Assembly (NCBI GenBank): GCA_963789395.1
Contig: CAWBKP010000005.1
Coordinates: 1-64,000, forward strand
Direction: 5' to 3'
DNA: 64,000 nt
DNA from: an uncultured delta proteobacterium
GTDB lineage: Bacteria > Desulfobacterota > Desulfobacteria > Desulfobacterales > Desulfatirhabdiaceae
Position 1 is the first letter of the stretch. The number at the start of each line of letters is the position of its first letter. The notes under the pieces are model-generated. The model did not search any database. It saw only the letters and a program-made list of their open reading frames with translations, and was not told the origin of the DNA. Positions 30,739-41,973 of this stretch are shown here, piece after piece. The translations under genes were made by a program, and so were the position numbers.

Positions 30739-31299
30739 ATGAAAAAACATTTATTTTCCAGAATCATTGTGGTAGGGGCTGCAGTCGTAATGATGGGCAT
30801 TGGCGTAAACGCATTATGCCGACAGAAAAGCCCTGAAAATGCTGGCGAAGGAACGACCAGCACGAAATTGACTGAAGATCAGATTAAGCAAATGGAAACC
30901 GAACGGAATGCATTCCAAACAGCCACAAAAGATATTCGCCAGCAGATCAATGAAAAACGTCAGGCACTCAATACGGAACTGGCCAAAAAGACTCCGGACG
31001 CAGCAACGCATGCCCTTCAAAAGAGCATATCAGATCTGCAGGCTCAATTTGACCAGAAGCGATTGGCGCACATTCTTGCAATGAAAAAAATCGACCCCGA
31101 TTACACAGAAAGTCCAGGTATGGGCCCGGCATGGGCTCTGCCATGCTTCCCGGTATGGGCACCTGGAATGGCACGGCGGACCGAAACGCGAGCGATACAA
31201 GGCATTACACGAAACTGCTTTCCTCCTTTTATATGCGGGGGGGCAAGTATCGATATGGCTTTCTTGTCCGCCAAAATTGATAAAAGAGAATACCAATGA
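30739..31299 (+). CDS. Periplasmic ZraP/Spy/CpxP-family protein (3' end uncertain)
   Basis: Signal peptide and LTEDQ...F...T..IRQQI.EKR..L..EL...TPD. A GMGPGMG-type tail is visible only by shifting frame at ~31125 and back. Confidence 0.75.
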   Translation: MKKHLFSRIIVVGAAVVMMGIGVNALCRQKSPENAGEGTTSTKLTEDQIKQMETERNAFQTATKDIRQQINEKRQALNTELAKKTPDAATHALQKSISDLQAQFDQKRLAHILAMKKIDPDYTESPGMGPAWALPCFPVWAPGMARRTETRAIQGITRNCFPPFICGGASIDMAFLSAKIDKREYQ

Positions 31300-32291
31300 T
31301 TTTGACTTTGGCACAGAAGGCCGGACAGCGGCTGATGGCGGGCTTTGATGGGAAGGCCATGAACGCCGACCTGAAATTTCTGATTCAAACCCTGAAGGTC
31401 GGCGGCATTATACTTTTTTCCAGGAACCTGGGATCCCCGGATGATATCCTTCAATTGTGCAGCGATGCACAGGATTACGCCAGAAGTAGTGGCCAGCCGC
31501 CGCTGATGGTTGCTATTGACCAGGAAGGTGGGCAAGTTGCCCGGCTGAAAGCGCCTTTTTTTTCGGAATTTCCCGGAAATCCGGCCATAAAAACCCGGGA
31601 CGATGCCCTCAATTTCGCCCGTGTGACCGCTTCGGAACTCCGGTCCATCGGCGTCAACATGAATTACGCCCCGGTTCTGGATGTGACGCGTCCCGATATC
31701 CCGGGCATCATGGCCGACAGGTCTTTCGGCAGTGACCCCCGGACCGCGGCCGCGTTGGGAACAGCCATTATTGAAACGTTTGAAGAAAACGGTATTCTAT
31801 CTGTGGCCAAACATTTCCCCGGCATCGGACGAACCCTTCTGGATTCACACCTGGATCTGCCGGTGGTCAAGGAAGACCTGGAGACTCTGGATTCCTGCGA
31901 CTTAATTCCCTTCCAGACAGCCATAAAAAACGGAGTGAGCGGCATCATGCTGTCTCACATTCTTTACGAAAAACTGGACCCGAACTGGCCCGCCAGCCTA
32001 TCGGTTTTCATCGCCAGGGATCTGCTGCGCATACGAATGCACTACACCGGCCTTGTAATGACCGATGACCTGGATATGGGGGCCATTACCCGTCACTATA
32101 GCCTGGATACGGCCGTGGATCAGGTTCTTTTATCCGAAATCGACCAGCTCCTGATCTGTCACAAAAGCCCTGCCATCGAAGCAGCTTTTGAGCAGATCCA
32201 GAAACGCATCCGGGACGATGTATCTATCGACGCCCTCTGCGATCACTCCATTCAGCGTATTATGGCGGCAAAAGACAGGATCAACCGGTAA
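31296..32291 (+). CDS. nagZ: Beta-N-acetylhexosaminidase (GH3)
   Basis: IDQEGGQVARL, APVLD, RSF, KHFPGIG....DSH and MTDDLDMGA motifs. Confidence 0.92.
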   Translation: MILTLAQKAGQRLMAGFDGKAMNADLKFLIQTLKVGGIILFSRNLGSPDDILQLCSDAQDYARSSGQPPLMVAIDQEGGQVARLKAPFFSEFPGNPAIKTRDDALNFARVTASELRSIGVNMNYAPVLDVTRPDIPGIMADRSFGSDPRTAAALGTAIIETFEENGILSVAKHFPGIGRTLLDSHLDLPVVKEDLETLDSCDLIPFQTAIKNGVSGIMLSHILYEKLDPNWPASLSVFIARDLLRIRMHYTGLVMTDDLDMGAITRHYSLDTAVDQVLLSEIDQLLICHKSPAIEAAFEQIQKRIRDDVSIDALCDHSIQRIMAAKDRINR

Positions 32292-32432
32292 AAGATCGAG
32301 CTTTAATATGATAGTTTCAATACGAAACTTTGATCAGATAACGGTCCATTCCATTTTAATAAAAGGCAATGCGGAAAACAATAGCCAGCAAAAGAACATC
32401 CGGCGGTCGACTTTCATGAAAAATGGCGCCGG

Positions 32433-35130
32433 CTATTGAAACGCCTTCTCCAGAATGTCCGCTTGGTCCCTGCGATAAATTTTGGGGAAACCCGTGGCAG
32501 GGCTGGATGACGGATTTCTGCCCACATACGTCAGCGGCTGCCCAAGTACGCCTTCCAGCAGCGGCCGGACAAACCACCACGCCCCCATGTTTTCCGGCTC
32601 TTCCTGAACCCATTTCAATACTTTGGCCTGTGTATACCGCAGCGCAACCTGCCGAAGCATTTCCTCCGGGAACGGGTAATACTGCTCAATCCGTACAATA
32701 GCGAAATCGGGCTTTTTCAAAGCATCCCTTTTTTGAATCAACTCGTAATAGATTTTGCCGCTGCAAAAAATAACGCTCCGAACCGCATCGGTTTTACCCG
32801 AATCATCCAGCACTTCCTGGAATCCGCCATTTGCCAGTTCTTCGGAACGGGATACTGCCAGCGGGTTCCGCAGCAGGCTCTTCGGGGTCAGAACCACCAG
32901 GGGCTTTCGGACCTTTCGGTGCATCTGCCGCCGAAGCAGGTGAAAATACTGGGCCGGCGTCGTCGGATTACAGACCTGGATGTTCTCGTCCGCGCAAAGC
33001 TGCAGGAATCTTTCCGGCCTGGCGCTGGAATGTTCCGGCCCCAGGCCTTCAAGGCCATGAGGCAGCAGCAACACCAGGCCGCTCAGCCGCTGCCACTTGC
33101 TCTCCGCGCTGGCCAGATAAAGATCGATCACGGACTGGGCGTTATTGATGAAATCCCCGAACTGGGCTTCCCATATGACCAGCTGCCGGGGCTGAACCAG
33201 GGAATACCCGTATTCGAATCCCAGAACGCTTGCCTCGGCCAGCAGGCTGTCCCAGGCTGAAAATATTGCCTGGGATTCTCCCAGGCAGTTCAGGGGAACA
33301 TGGCGCTCACCGGTTTTAATATCCACCAGAAACGCATGCCGCTGGCTGAATGTTCCCCGCCGAACATCCTGGCCACTCAGCCGGATGGGCGTTCCCTCGT
33401 CAAGCAGCGTGGCAAAGGCCAGGGACTCGGCATTGGCCCAGTCGATGCCTTCACCGTTTTCGACAGCCTCCTGCCGCTTTTTCAGAAGCGCCAGGAGTCT
33501 TGGGATGGGCATGGAATCCATCCGGTATTGCCGTCAATAATCGACAAAGGGTTTTGAGCCTATCGATATCAACCCCGGTCGGCACCGGATCATGCACGTA
33601 ACGGCCGTCATAGTCCTGCCATGCTTCATAAAACATGGCCTGCGGAAACAGGCACTGCGACCCGTGAATGCTCTGATAATCGGAATCCAGCTTATCGCGG
33701 ACAGCTTTTTCCATTTCTTCGATTTCCGGCAAAGTGACTACACCTTCCTCCAGAAGTCGGTCAGCGTAAAGTTTGCTGAGCGGCTGCCTTTCCCGGATCC
33801 GCTCGTACATCTGGGGCTGGGTGAAATACGGTTCATCCCCTTCATTGTGGCCGTAGCGGCGATAACAGATCAAATCCACGACCACATCTTTTCCAAAAGC
33901 CGCCCGGTATGCCGCCGCAAGACGCATGACATGCACCACGGCCTCCGGGTCTTCTCCATGTACGTGAAATATCGGAACCATGAGCATCTTGGCACAGTCC
34001 GTGGCATAGCGGGTGGAACGGGCATCTTCCGGAAGCGTGGTGTATCCGATCTGGTTGTTGATCACGATATGAATCGTACCGCCGGTTTGATAGCCTTTGA
34101 GGCGGGAGAGGTTCAAGACCTCGGTCACGATTCCCTGGCCGGCAAATGCGGCATCTCCATGAATCAGCACCGGAACAACTTTCTGCTCTGTGCTTTCAGC
34201 CAGAGCATCCTGGCGGGACCTGGCAATGCCTTCCACCACCGGGTCCACGGACTCCAGATGGCTGGGATTATGTACCAGATAGATCCGCATCGGATAACGG
34301 CCATTTACCTCGATATCGGTCAGATATCCGGTATGGTATTTGACATCCCCGGACCCGACCAGACTGTCCGGATCATAGCAGCTTTCAAATTCGGCGAAGA
34401 TTTCTTCGTAGGGTTTTTTCAGAACATGGGCCAGAACATTGAGCCTTCCCCGATGGGCCATTCCCAGAATGATTTCCCGGCACCCCGAATCGGCAAGAGA
34501 TTCGATAAGCGCATCCAGGGCCGGTATAAGCCCGTCACCACCTTCCAGGGAAAACCGGGTAACTCCCACATATGCCTTATTCAGAAAATGCTCGAATTGC
34601 GTGGATTTTATCAGGGAATTAAGAATCTGCCTGCGGTTTTTTGAATCCAGCTCCGGCCGGTTGCCTGCAGGCTCCATCCGCGTTTCCAGCCAGGCACGCT
34701 CTTCAGGGTTCTGTATATGCATGAATTCAACGCCGATTGACCGGCAGTAAGTCTGCTTCAATCGGCTGATGAGTTCGCCAAGGCTCAAGGTTTCCGGGGA
34801 TGAAAACGGCGCACGGATCTGCTGATCCAGGTCATCCGGACTCAGTTGAAGCGATTCCAGACTGAGCAGCGGATGCGCCACCGGGCATGCGGACAATGGG
34901 TCCATGCAGGCCAGAAGATGCCCCAGGTCCCGGTACCGATGTACCAGAGCATCTGTGCGGGATTGCAGCCGCATCCGGTCGTCATCGCAGAGCACATCGG
35001 AAGGCAGGCCGCCTTTGCCGCCAAGTTCAAATCCTTTGAAAAAAAACCGCCAGTCGGAAGACAGGGTTTCGGGATTTTCTTTCCACAGCAGGTACTGGGA
35101 TTCAATATAATCGGCATTCAATGTTTCCAT
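32433..35130 (-). CDS. sucA: 2-oxoglutarate dehydrogenase E1 component (frameshift at ~33500)
   Basis: RFSLEG, GMAHRGRLN, GDVKYH, HGDAAFAGQG, GHNEGDEP, SGQDVRRGTF, WEAQFGDF and QEEPENMG motifs across two ORFs. Confidence 0.93.
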
Positions 35131-35205
35131 ATCGCTCCATAAATAGCAGGGGTTCAGGCTGAAGACCGAAGGCAGCGGGTGTACATGGATTTCTACCTTC
35201 AGCAT

Positions 35206-35976
35206 TTAGCCTTTGGTCTTCAGCCTGATCTGGGTAAACCACTCGGCTATCTTTCGTGCCGCAAAACCGCGGTGTTCCGCCTGGCTGAAAAAATGATCGG
35301 CATCGGGAATAATGACAAGTTCCGAATGATCGGGATTGAATGATTGCGCCGTACGTGCCTGATCTACCGGAACAATGTCGTCCCGGGTTCCATGTACGAT
35401 CAAAAGGGGGATGCGCAGCGAGGCAACGGTGGCCTGCATGTCGTGAGACAGCATGTCGTCCAGAAACCGGCTATCCAGCTCCAGGTGCCGACCGCGACTC
35501 ACAAATTCCAGCCGGCCGGTTTCCTGGAACTGCCGTTTCTGATCCGGGCTGAAAATACGGGTGGAGTCCATTCCGGTAAGGCGTCCGGCAATTGCACAGA
35601 CAGCCTGAACCCCGGAAAGCCTGGAAGCTGCCAGAACTGAAACAGCCGCGCCCATGCTGTGGCCGGCAAACCCCAGCCATTTCACGCCTTCCGCCTTTAA
35701 TAATGTTGCTGCGATCTCCATCTCGGCGATGTATTTGGTGTAGGAGGTCTCGATAAAACTCCCATCGCTCTGGCCGTTACCGGAAAAATCAAAACGCAGA
35801 ACATGAAACCCCGCAGTGGACAGCCTTGAACCGACTTCACGCAGAATACCGGTATGCCGGGTGCAGGTAAAACAGTGTCCCAGTACAACGCCATATTCAG
35901 AAGAAGTATCCGGCCGGTGATGGGTTCCGAAAAGCCTCTCCCCCAAATGATTTAAAAAATCGATATTGGTTTCCAC
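35206..35976 (-). CDS. Alpha/beta hydrolase (OsmC-associated esterase-like N-domain)
   Basis: HCFTC, RFDFSGNGQSDG, GHSMG, HGTRD and ADH catalytic triad motifs. Confidence 0.88.
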   Translation of the reverse strand: METNIDFLNHLGERLFGTHHRPDTSSEYGVVLGHCFTCTRHTGILREVGSRLSTAGFHVLRFDFSGNGQSDGSFIETSYTKYIAEMEIAATLLKAEGVKWLGFAGHSMGAAVSVLAASRLSGVQAVCAIAGRLTGMDSTRIFSPDQKRQFQETGRLEFVSRGRHLELDSRFLDDMLSHDMQATVASLRIPLLIVHGTRDDIVPVDQARTAQSFNPDHSELVIIPDADHFFSQAEHRGFAARKIAEWFTQIRLKTKG

Positions 35977-35989
35977 GCCGTTCCTTCAT

Positions 35990-37568
35990 TCAAATAACAA
36001 CAGTCTCCCCTGGCAGGGGAACTGTCACGGAATATCCCATTATCTTCCAGATATCTGCCGAAAGACAGAGACTGTTCTTCCTCTCCATGCACCACAGCAA
36101 TTTTTCGAATATTCAGATTCGATTCTTTCAGAAATTTAAGCATTTCCGTCCGGTCCGCATGGGCGCTGAAGCCGCCCATCTTGACCACATGGGCCTTTAA
36201 AGGATATTCCTTGTTTAAAAAACGCACAAGCGGCACTGTTCCGGTTCTGCCGGCAGCCGCATACGCCAGGCCTCGCTCCAGTATCCGCCTGCCCAGCGTG
36301 TTTTCCGCCATGAACCCGACAATCAGAATGGTATGCCTGGGATTATGAATTTTATGGCGGAGATGGTGCAGGATCCTTCCGGCTTCACACATACCTGAGC
36401 CGGCGATGACAATGTGGGGGGTTTCATCACGCATCAGGCGCATGGACTCCTCGACTGAACTGATGAAATGGATTTTTTCAAAGAAAAAAGGATTCTGTCC
36501 CCGTTCCAGAAACGTTTTATGGGTGTCGGCGTCAAAAACCTCGGGATGTTCGCCGAAAACCTGCGTGATTTTGGATGCCAGCGGACTGTCCACATAAATG
36601 GGCATCAGGGGGACTTCACCGGCGTTATACAGTTCATGAAGCATGTACAGCAGTTCCTGGGTCCGGCCATATGCAAAGGCCGGAATCACGATAGTGCCCC
36701 CCCGATCATAGGTTTCGCGAATAATTTCCTTCAGTTTGGGTTTCAGGTCATCCACAGGGTCATGGAAACGGTTTCCATACGTGCTTTCCATGACCAGCAG
36801 ATCCACATTGCGGTCTGCTTCATCAAACTTCAAGGTGGGGTTATTGAGAATGGGCCGGTCAAAGCGCCCGATATCTCCGGTATACAGTACATTTACGGAC
36901 CGGCCGTTTTCATTTGCCTGGATGGCGGTAATGGAGGATCCTAGAATATGCCCGGCATCGTAAAATGAACAGGTCATGTCCTTTCCAATGGAAACCGACT
37001 CGTTGTATGGATATCCATCAAAAAATGTTAGCGCCTGCTTGACATCTTCGGTTGTATAAATGGGGGTGATTTTCTCCAGGCGGTATTTTTCCAATAAATC
37101 GTTAATCACATCGTCGTTAAGTTCATGCTTATCTCTTTTAAGAAGACTCTGGATTTTTTTGGCATCGGACTTGGACACAGTGTGTGTTCTGGGGGATGTT
37201 TTCATCTGATACAACAGCCCCCGAACGGTTTTATAGTTCAGATATCTGGCATCTGATTCATGGATATGCGCGCTGTCAAGAAGCAGGTATTCGCAGGCGT
37301 CCGCTGTAGCCCGGGTACAGATGATTCGTCCAACAAACTCCCCTTGCGTCAGCAGTGGAATCCGGCCCGAATGATCGATATGGGCATGGGAAAGCACCAT
37401 ATTCGTAATGAGCCTGGTGCTGAACGGCAGACTTTTATTTTTATGCTCGCTTTCTTTCCGCCTGCCCTGAAACATCCCGCAATCCAGAAGAATTCGATCC
37501 TGGCCGCAGGTCAGCAGGTGCATGGAGCCGGTGACTTCTCTGGCTCCGCCGTAAAAAGTGATGTTCAT
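35990..37568 (-). CDS. Metallo-beta-lactamase/beta-CASP ribonuclease (+1 frameshift in last codons)
   Basis: EVTGS, DCG, SHAHIDHSG, AGHILGS, ESTYG, SGMCEAGRILHH, FSAHAD and VHGE motifs. The natural end GYSVTVPLPGETVVI* lies in another frame, ending at 35990. Confidence 0.9.
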
Positions 37569-37581
37569 GGGCGCTTCTCCG

Positions 37582-39075
37582 TCATTTGGGTTGGTGTTTG
37601 ATTGGGCCAGCGGCAACCAGATACAACAGGGCGGATGAATTACTCAAGCCCAGCAGTGCCGACGCATTCTGATCATAAAACGCACCGATCCCGCAACACC
37701 CCAGCCCCAGGGCAGTCGCCCCAAGATAAATCCGATGGGCCAGACGGCCTGCCGAAATCATGGCATATCGGTAGGCACGCGGCCCCCACAAGGTCTCGAT
37801 GGCGGGCAGCGGCGCGACTAAAAAGAATTGAAGGGCTGCGGATGCCATCCACTGCTGGTTCAGAGCAATTTGTGCCATTTCCGCAGAGAAACCGCCCGGT
37901 TGAACCTGCCCGATCTCATGGGCTTGCGGATCGATCCAGTACTGCCCGGAATCAATGCCCTCACATGCACCGACAATCATCCCCGAAACAACAAATTTAA
38001 ACGGCTGGAAATACCCATCATCAGGCATCCAGATTGTCTGCATCAAGGCGTTAAAGTGCTGGCGGCCAAGGGGTCGGGAAACAAAATTTCTGCGGGAACG
38101 CCGGGTCATTACTGCCTGTGAAAAATTCATCTCTTCCGGGAAAGGATCTTCATCATGAATCGGCTGCCACTGTTGCACCCGAACGCCGCATTCCAGAAGC
38201 AAATCGCATTGACGCTCTGTTGCGCCGACAACACAAGACGATACTTCGTGGATGTTCTGAATCGCCTCGGGGATTTCTTCCCGGGGCGATACCCGGCTGG
38301 CGGCGGTATGAAAAAGTGCTTCGACTGGCAATTCCTTTCCGTCAGACAGGCCAGTTCCACCGGGGATTCTGATGACGGCCAGACAGGCTTCCCGTCCGCT
38401 GTCCACCCCCAGAAGCTTATTCACAAACGAATCATCAAAATCATAGGTCACCTGACAGTTCAGATCCAGTGCCTGGATAGCCAGCGCCAGAGACTCGACC
38501 AGATGTCCCGTATCCAGAAGGTGGTACCGATAGGCGCGATCCCGGTATTTCCAGATGCTGCGATAAAAAATGACTGTAATATAGAAGGATATCGTAAAAG
38601 GAGAGGATTCGCAGGACCCGCCCGAAGCCTGCGGATCCGTATATACACCGGTGCGAAGCAGGGTCAGATCCCGACGGTGAATCGCGTGGTGATAGAGACC
38701 GTCCGCAAGACCGGAAACATCCTGCGTGGCCAGATAGAGTTCGCATGGATACAGCGCACCCGCCGATGGAACGCTCCGGTAATAAAAATCGTCTCCGGAA
38801 GATTGACGCCGGGCCGTGATACCGTATCCCAACAACAGCATGCGGCTCAGATCCTGTAAAGAAACGCCGCCCGAGGCAAGCACCGTGCGTTGCGGTTTAA
38901 TCAGTTCGGAAACGGCTATATCGGGCAGCGCAGCGATATCGGGCAGGTTCACACGGTTAAGCCCCGAATAATTTTTATATACTTCAGGCTGATTGGACCA
39001 GTCGAGCGAATGCCCTCCCATCGCTATAGGATCATACATGGTCTGACGATGATAGCGCTGTATGTGGTCTGTCAT
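37582..39075 (-). CDS. SagB-type double nitroreductase-domain dehydrogenase
   Basis: RSVPSAGALYP.E, YRDRAYRY.LLDTGH; second domain RRSRRNF...AYRYA...GCCGIGAFYD. Confidence 0.88.
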   Translation of the reverse strand: MTDHIQRYHRQTMYDPIAMGGHSLDWSNQPEVYKNYSGLNRVNLPDIAALPDIAVSELIKPQRTVLASGGVSLQDLSRMLLLGYGITARRQSSGDDFYYRSVPSAGALYPCELYLATQDVSGLADGLYHHAIHRRDLTLLRTGVYTDPQASGGSCESSPFTISFYITVIFYRSIWKYRDRAYRYHLLDTGHLVESLALAIQALDLNCQVTYDFDDSFVNKLLGVDSGREACLAVIRIPGGTGLSDGKELPVEALFHTAASRVSPREEIPEAIQNIHEVSSCVVGATERQCDLLLECGVRVQQWQPIHDEDPFPEEMNFSQAVMTRRSRRNFVSRPLGRQHFNALMQTIWMPDDGYFQPFKFVVSGMIVGACEGIDSGQYWIDPQAHEIGQVQPGGFSAEMAQIALNQQWMASAALQFFLVAPLPAIETLWGPRAYRYAMISAGRLAHRIYLGATALGLGCCGIGAFYDQNASALLGLSNSSALLYLVAAGPIKHQPK

Positions 39076-39118
39076 GGGAATTCCTTTTTCCTGACCCGTT
39101 CCGGCACTCCTCGGACAG

Positions 39119-39147
39119 TTGACCCGTTTCCGGATTGTTGCTATAGT
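39119..39147 (+). promoter_or_regulatory. Sigma-70 promoter of the kup leader
   Basis: TTGACC-17 nt-TATAGT. Confidence 0.7.
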
Positions 39148-39192
39148 ATTCTTGAGTTCAAGAAGTGCTGTCACCAGTTTTTCTTGCTCACC

Positions 39193-39249
39193 GCCTCCAC
39201 TGAAAATCCCATAAATTGGCTTCTTCCATTTCAGTGGAGGCTTTTTTTT
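39193..39249 (+). terminator. Intrinsic terminator inside the kup 5' leader
   Basis: 13-bp stem GCCTCCACTGAAA / TTTCAGTGGAGGC followed by T8, ~120 nt before the kup start. Confidence 0.8.
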
Positions 39250-39367
39250 ATCGGACAATGGGATTAAAATCAATCTATTCTTGTGAATCGAAACTGATGA
39301 CGGATGGCAGACAACGGAAAGGTATCTGTTGTTTGCCCGCAACCTTACTTAATTAGGAAAAAACCAG

Positions 39368-41255
39368 ATGCAGGACGAAACCAGCCCCCCGCACGCTGAC
39401 AGGATCAAACTTACGATCGGGGCACTGGGCGTGGTTTATGGAGATATCGGAACCAGCCCGCTATATACCATCAAAGAATGTTTCCACGGCATGCACGCCA
39501 TCGCACCTACATCGGCCAACATACTGGGGGTGCTTTCGCTGATCGCATGGTCTTTGACCATTGTGGTAACCATCAAGTATCTGATGTTTATCATGCAGGC
39601 CGACAACCGGGGAGAAGGCGGCATTTTCGCGCTTCTGGCGCTGATTTCCGGATCGGAAAAACAGCTGTCTAAAAACATGAAACCGGTGGTGGTGTTCTCG
39701 GCACTGCTGGGGGCATCCCTTCTCTATGGTGACGGATTTATCACCCCGGCCATATCGGTGCTTTCCGCCATCGAGGGGCTTAATGTCGCCACCCATGCTG
39801 CCGATAAGCTCATCGTCCCCCTGACCTGCCTGGTGCTGCTTGTTCTGTTTCTTTCACAACACCACGGCACGGAAGGAATTGGAAAAATATTTGGACCGAT
39901 CATGCTGATCTGGTTTGCCACGCTGTCCGCCTTGGGAATCCGGGAAATTATGCAAAACCCGCATGTCCTGACAGCGATCAACCCGATTTACGCCTGGCGT
40001 TTTTTTGCGGAAAACCACATTCACGGGCTGGTGGTTCTGGGATCGGTTGTGCTGTGCATCACCGGCGGTGAAGCCCTCTATGCCGACATGGGGCATTTCG
40101 GACGCAGCCCCATCCGTCTGTCCTGGTTTGCATTGGTATTTCCTGCCCTGCTGCTGAATTATTTCGGCCAGGGCGCCCTGCTGCTGGATCACCCGGAGCT
40201 ATCCGCCAATCCCTTCTATGAACTGGCGCCCAAATTCATTCTTTACCCGTTGGTGGCACTTTCCACGCTGGCAACAATCATTGCGTCTCAGGCCATGATT
40301 TCCGGAGCATTCTCTCTGACCCGACAGGCGGTTCAGATGGGGTATTGCCCGCGGGTCACCATCATTCACACTTCGGCAAATACCGAAGGCCAGATTTATG
40401 TCCCGGAAATCAACCGGATCATGATGGTGGTCTGTATCGGACTTGTCCTGGCGTTCAGGGCATCCAGCGGGCTGGCTGCCGCCTACGGCATTGCGGTAAC
40501 CGCCAACATGGCGATCACCTCGGTGCTTTATTATTATGTTGCCACGCGAACCTGGGGTTGGTCGGTTCAAAAGGCCGCCCCGCTGGTTGCCTTGTTTTTG
40601 ATTTTTGACATCACTTATTTTGGGTCGAACCTGCTGAAAATCTTTGACGGCGGCTGGTTCCCCATAGCCGTCGCCGTGATTATCGTCATTTTGATGACAG
40701 CATGGAAGGATGGCCGGGCGGCACTCTATCAGAAAATGAAAACCGCAATGCTCTCGCTGGATGCCTTTATTACGGATGTAGCAAAACATGGCGTCCACCG
40801 GGTCAAGGGCACTGCTGTATTCATGGCCTCATCCTCGAATTTTACCCCGCCGTCGCTGCTTCATCACTTCAAGCACAACAAGGTGCTTCATGAACAGGTT
40901 ATCTTTCTGACCATTCAGCCGGAAGATATCCCCACCATTCCGGAACACGATCGTCTGTCGTTTAAATCCCTCGGCCATGGGTTCCACCGGATCATCGCCC
41001 GATATGGATTCATGGAAACACCCAATGTTCCCAGAATCGTCAGCAGGACTTTTCAGTCTGGGGTTAATTCCGCACGTACGCCCCATCAGCTATTATCTTG
41101 GCAGAGAGACGCTGCTGATAACGGGCAAATCTAAAATGAGTCGATGGCGGTTGCAACTCTTTGCGTTTTTATCCCGAAACTCCAAAAGCGCTGTGGATTA
41201 TTTTGGAATCCCTCCGGGCCGCGTTGTGGAGCTGGGCGGGCAGATTGAGTTGTAA
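39368..41255 (+). CDS. kup: KUP/HAK/KT potassium transporter (+1 frameshift at ~41050)
   Basis: GVVYGDIGTSPLY, DNRGEGG, TPAISVLSA, GGEALYADMGHF and GQIYVP motifs; the tail YYLGRE...VVELG.QIEL is in a second frame. Confidence 0.95.
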
Positions 41256-41346
41256 CACAGAAGGCTTTTTCACCCGTACAAAGCATGCGGCAGATTTGTC
41301 ACGGGTTACATGATTCACATGTCACTATAAAAAAAGGAGAAACACC

Positions 41347-41862
41347 ATGACAGAACATCCTGGAGCAATCACCATGAAGGGAAACCCATTGACATTGGTC
41401 GGCAACCTGCCGGAAATCGGACAGGCTGCCCCGGATTTTGAGGTCTTGGACAATAACCTGACACCGGTTACGCTTTCATCATTCAAGGGGAAAATATGCG
41501 TTATCGCCTCTGTTCCTTCGCTGGACACACCGGTCTGCGACATTGAGACCCGGCGATTCAATACAGAAGCCGCCAAGCTGAGTCCAAACGTGGTCATACT
41601 CACCATCAGCATGGATCTTCCGTTCGCCCAGAAGCGATGGTGCGGCGCGGCAGGAGTTGATAAAGTGATTACGCTATCCGACCACCGCAACGCCGAATTC
41701 GGCACTGCTTTCGGTACGGTTATCAAAGAGCTTCGGCTTCTGGCAAGGGCTGTTTTTGTCATAGACAAGAATGGCATCGTCAGACTGGTTCAATTGGTAA
41801 AGGAAGTGACCCAGGAACCGGATTATGCGGCGGTTCTGGCAGCTGTGAAACAACTGGCATAA
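41347..41862 (+). CDS. tpx: Thiol peroxidase
   Basis: PSLDTPVC, SMDLPFAQKRWC and LLARAVFV motifs. Confidence 0.95.
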   Translation: MTEHPGAITMKGNPLTLVGNLPEIGQAAPDFEVLDNNLTPVTLSSFKGKICVIASVPSLDTPVCDIETRRFNTEAAKLSPNVVILTISMDLPFAQKRWCGAAGVDKVITLSDHRNAEFGTAFGTVIKELRLLARAVFVIDKNGIVRLVQLVKEVTQEPDYAAVLAAVKQLA

Positions 41863-41893
41863 ACTAAGACTGCTGGCTGAAACGCAAAGATAG

Positions 41894-41936
41894 AGAGCCT
41901 CAAGCAGCAGCCCCGCACCACTGCTTGATGGCTCTT
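41894..41936. terminator. Hairpin between convergent tpx and hypothetical gene
   Basis: AGAGCC-TCAAGCAG...CTGCTTGA-T-GGCTCT inverted repeat; ends approximate. Confidence 0.5.
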
Positions 41937-41973
41937 TGTTCATCCCGCAGACCATCTTTGGTCGGCGATGCAG

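Noticed and set aside
37582..39075. RiPP (TOMM/thiopeptide) biosynthetic cluster
   Set aside because: No YcaO, precursor peptide or dedicated exporter lies nearby.
39150..39260. ydaO (c-di-AMP) riboswitch, or a Pro-rich leader peptide (TTG at 39152, ...SPPPLKIP*), before kup
   Set aside because: ydaO consensus blocks were not found, and the TTG lies at or before the predicted TSS with no SD. Kept only as an unclassified leader.
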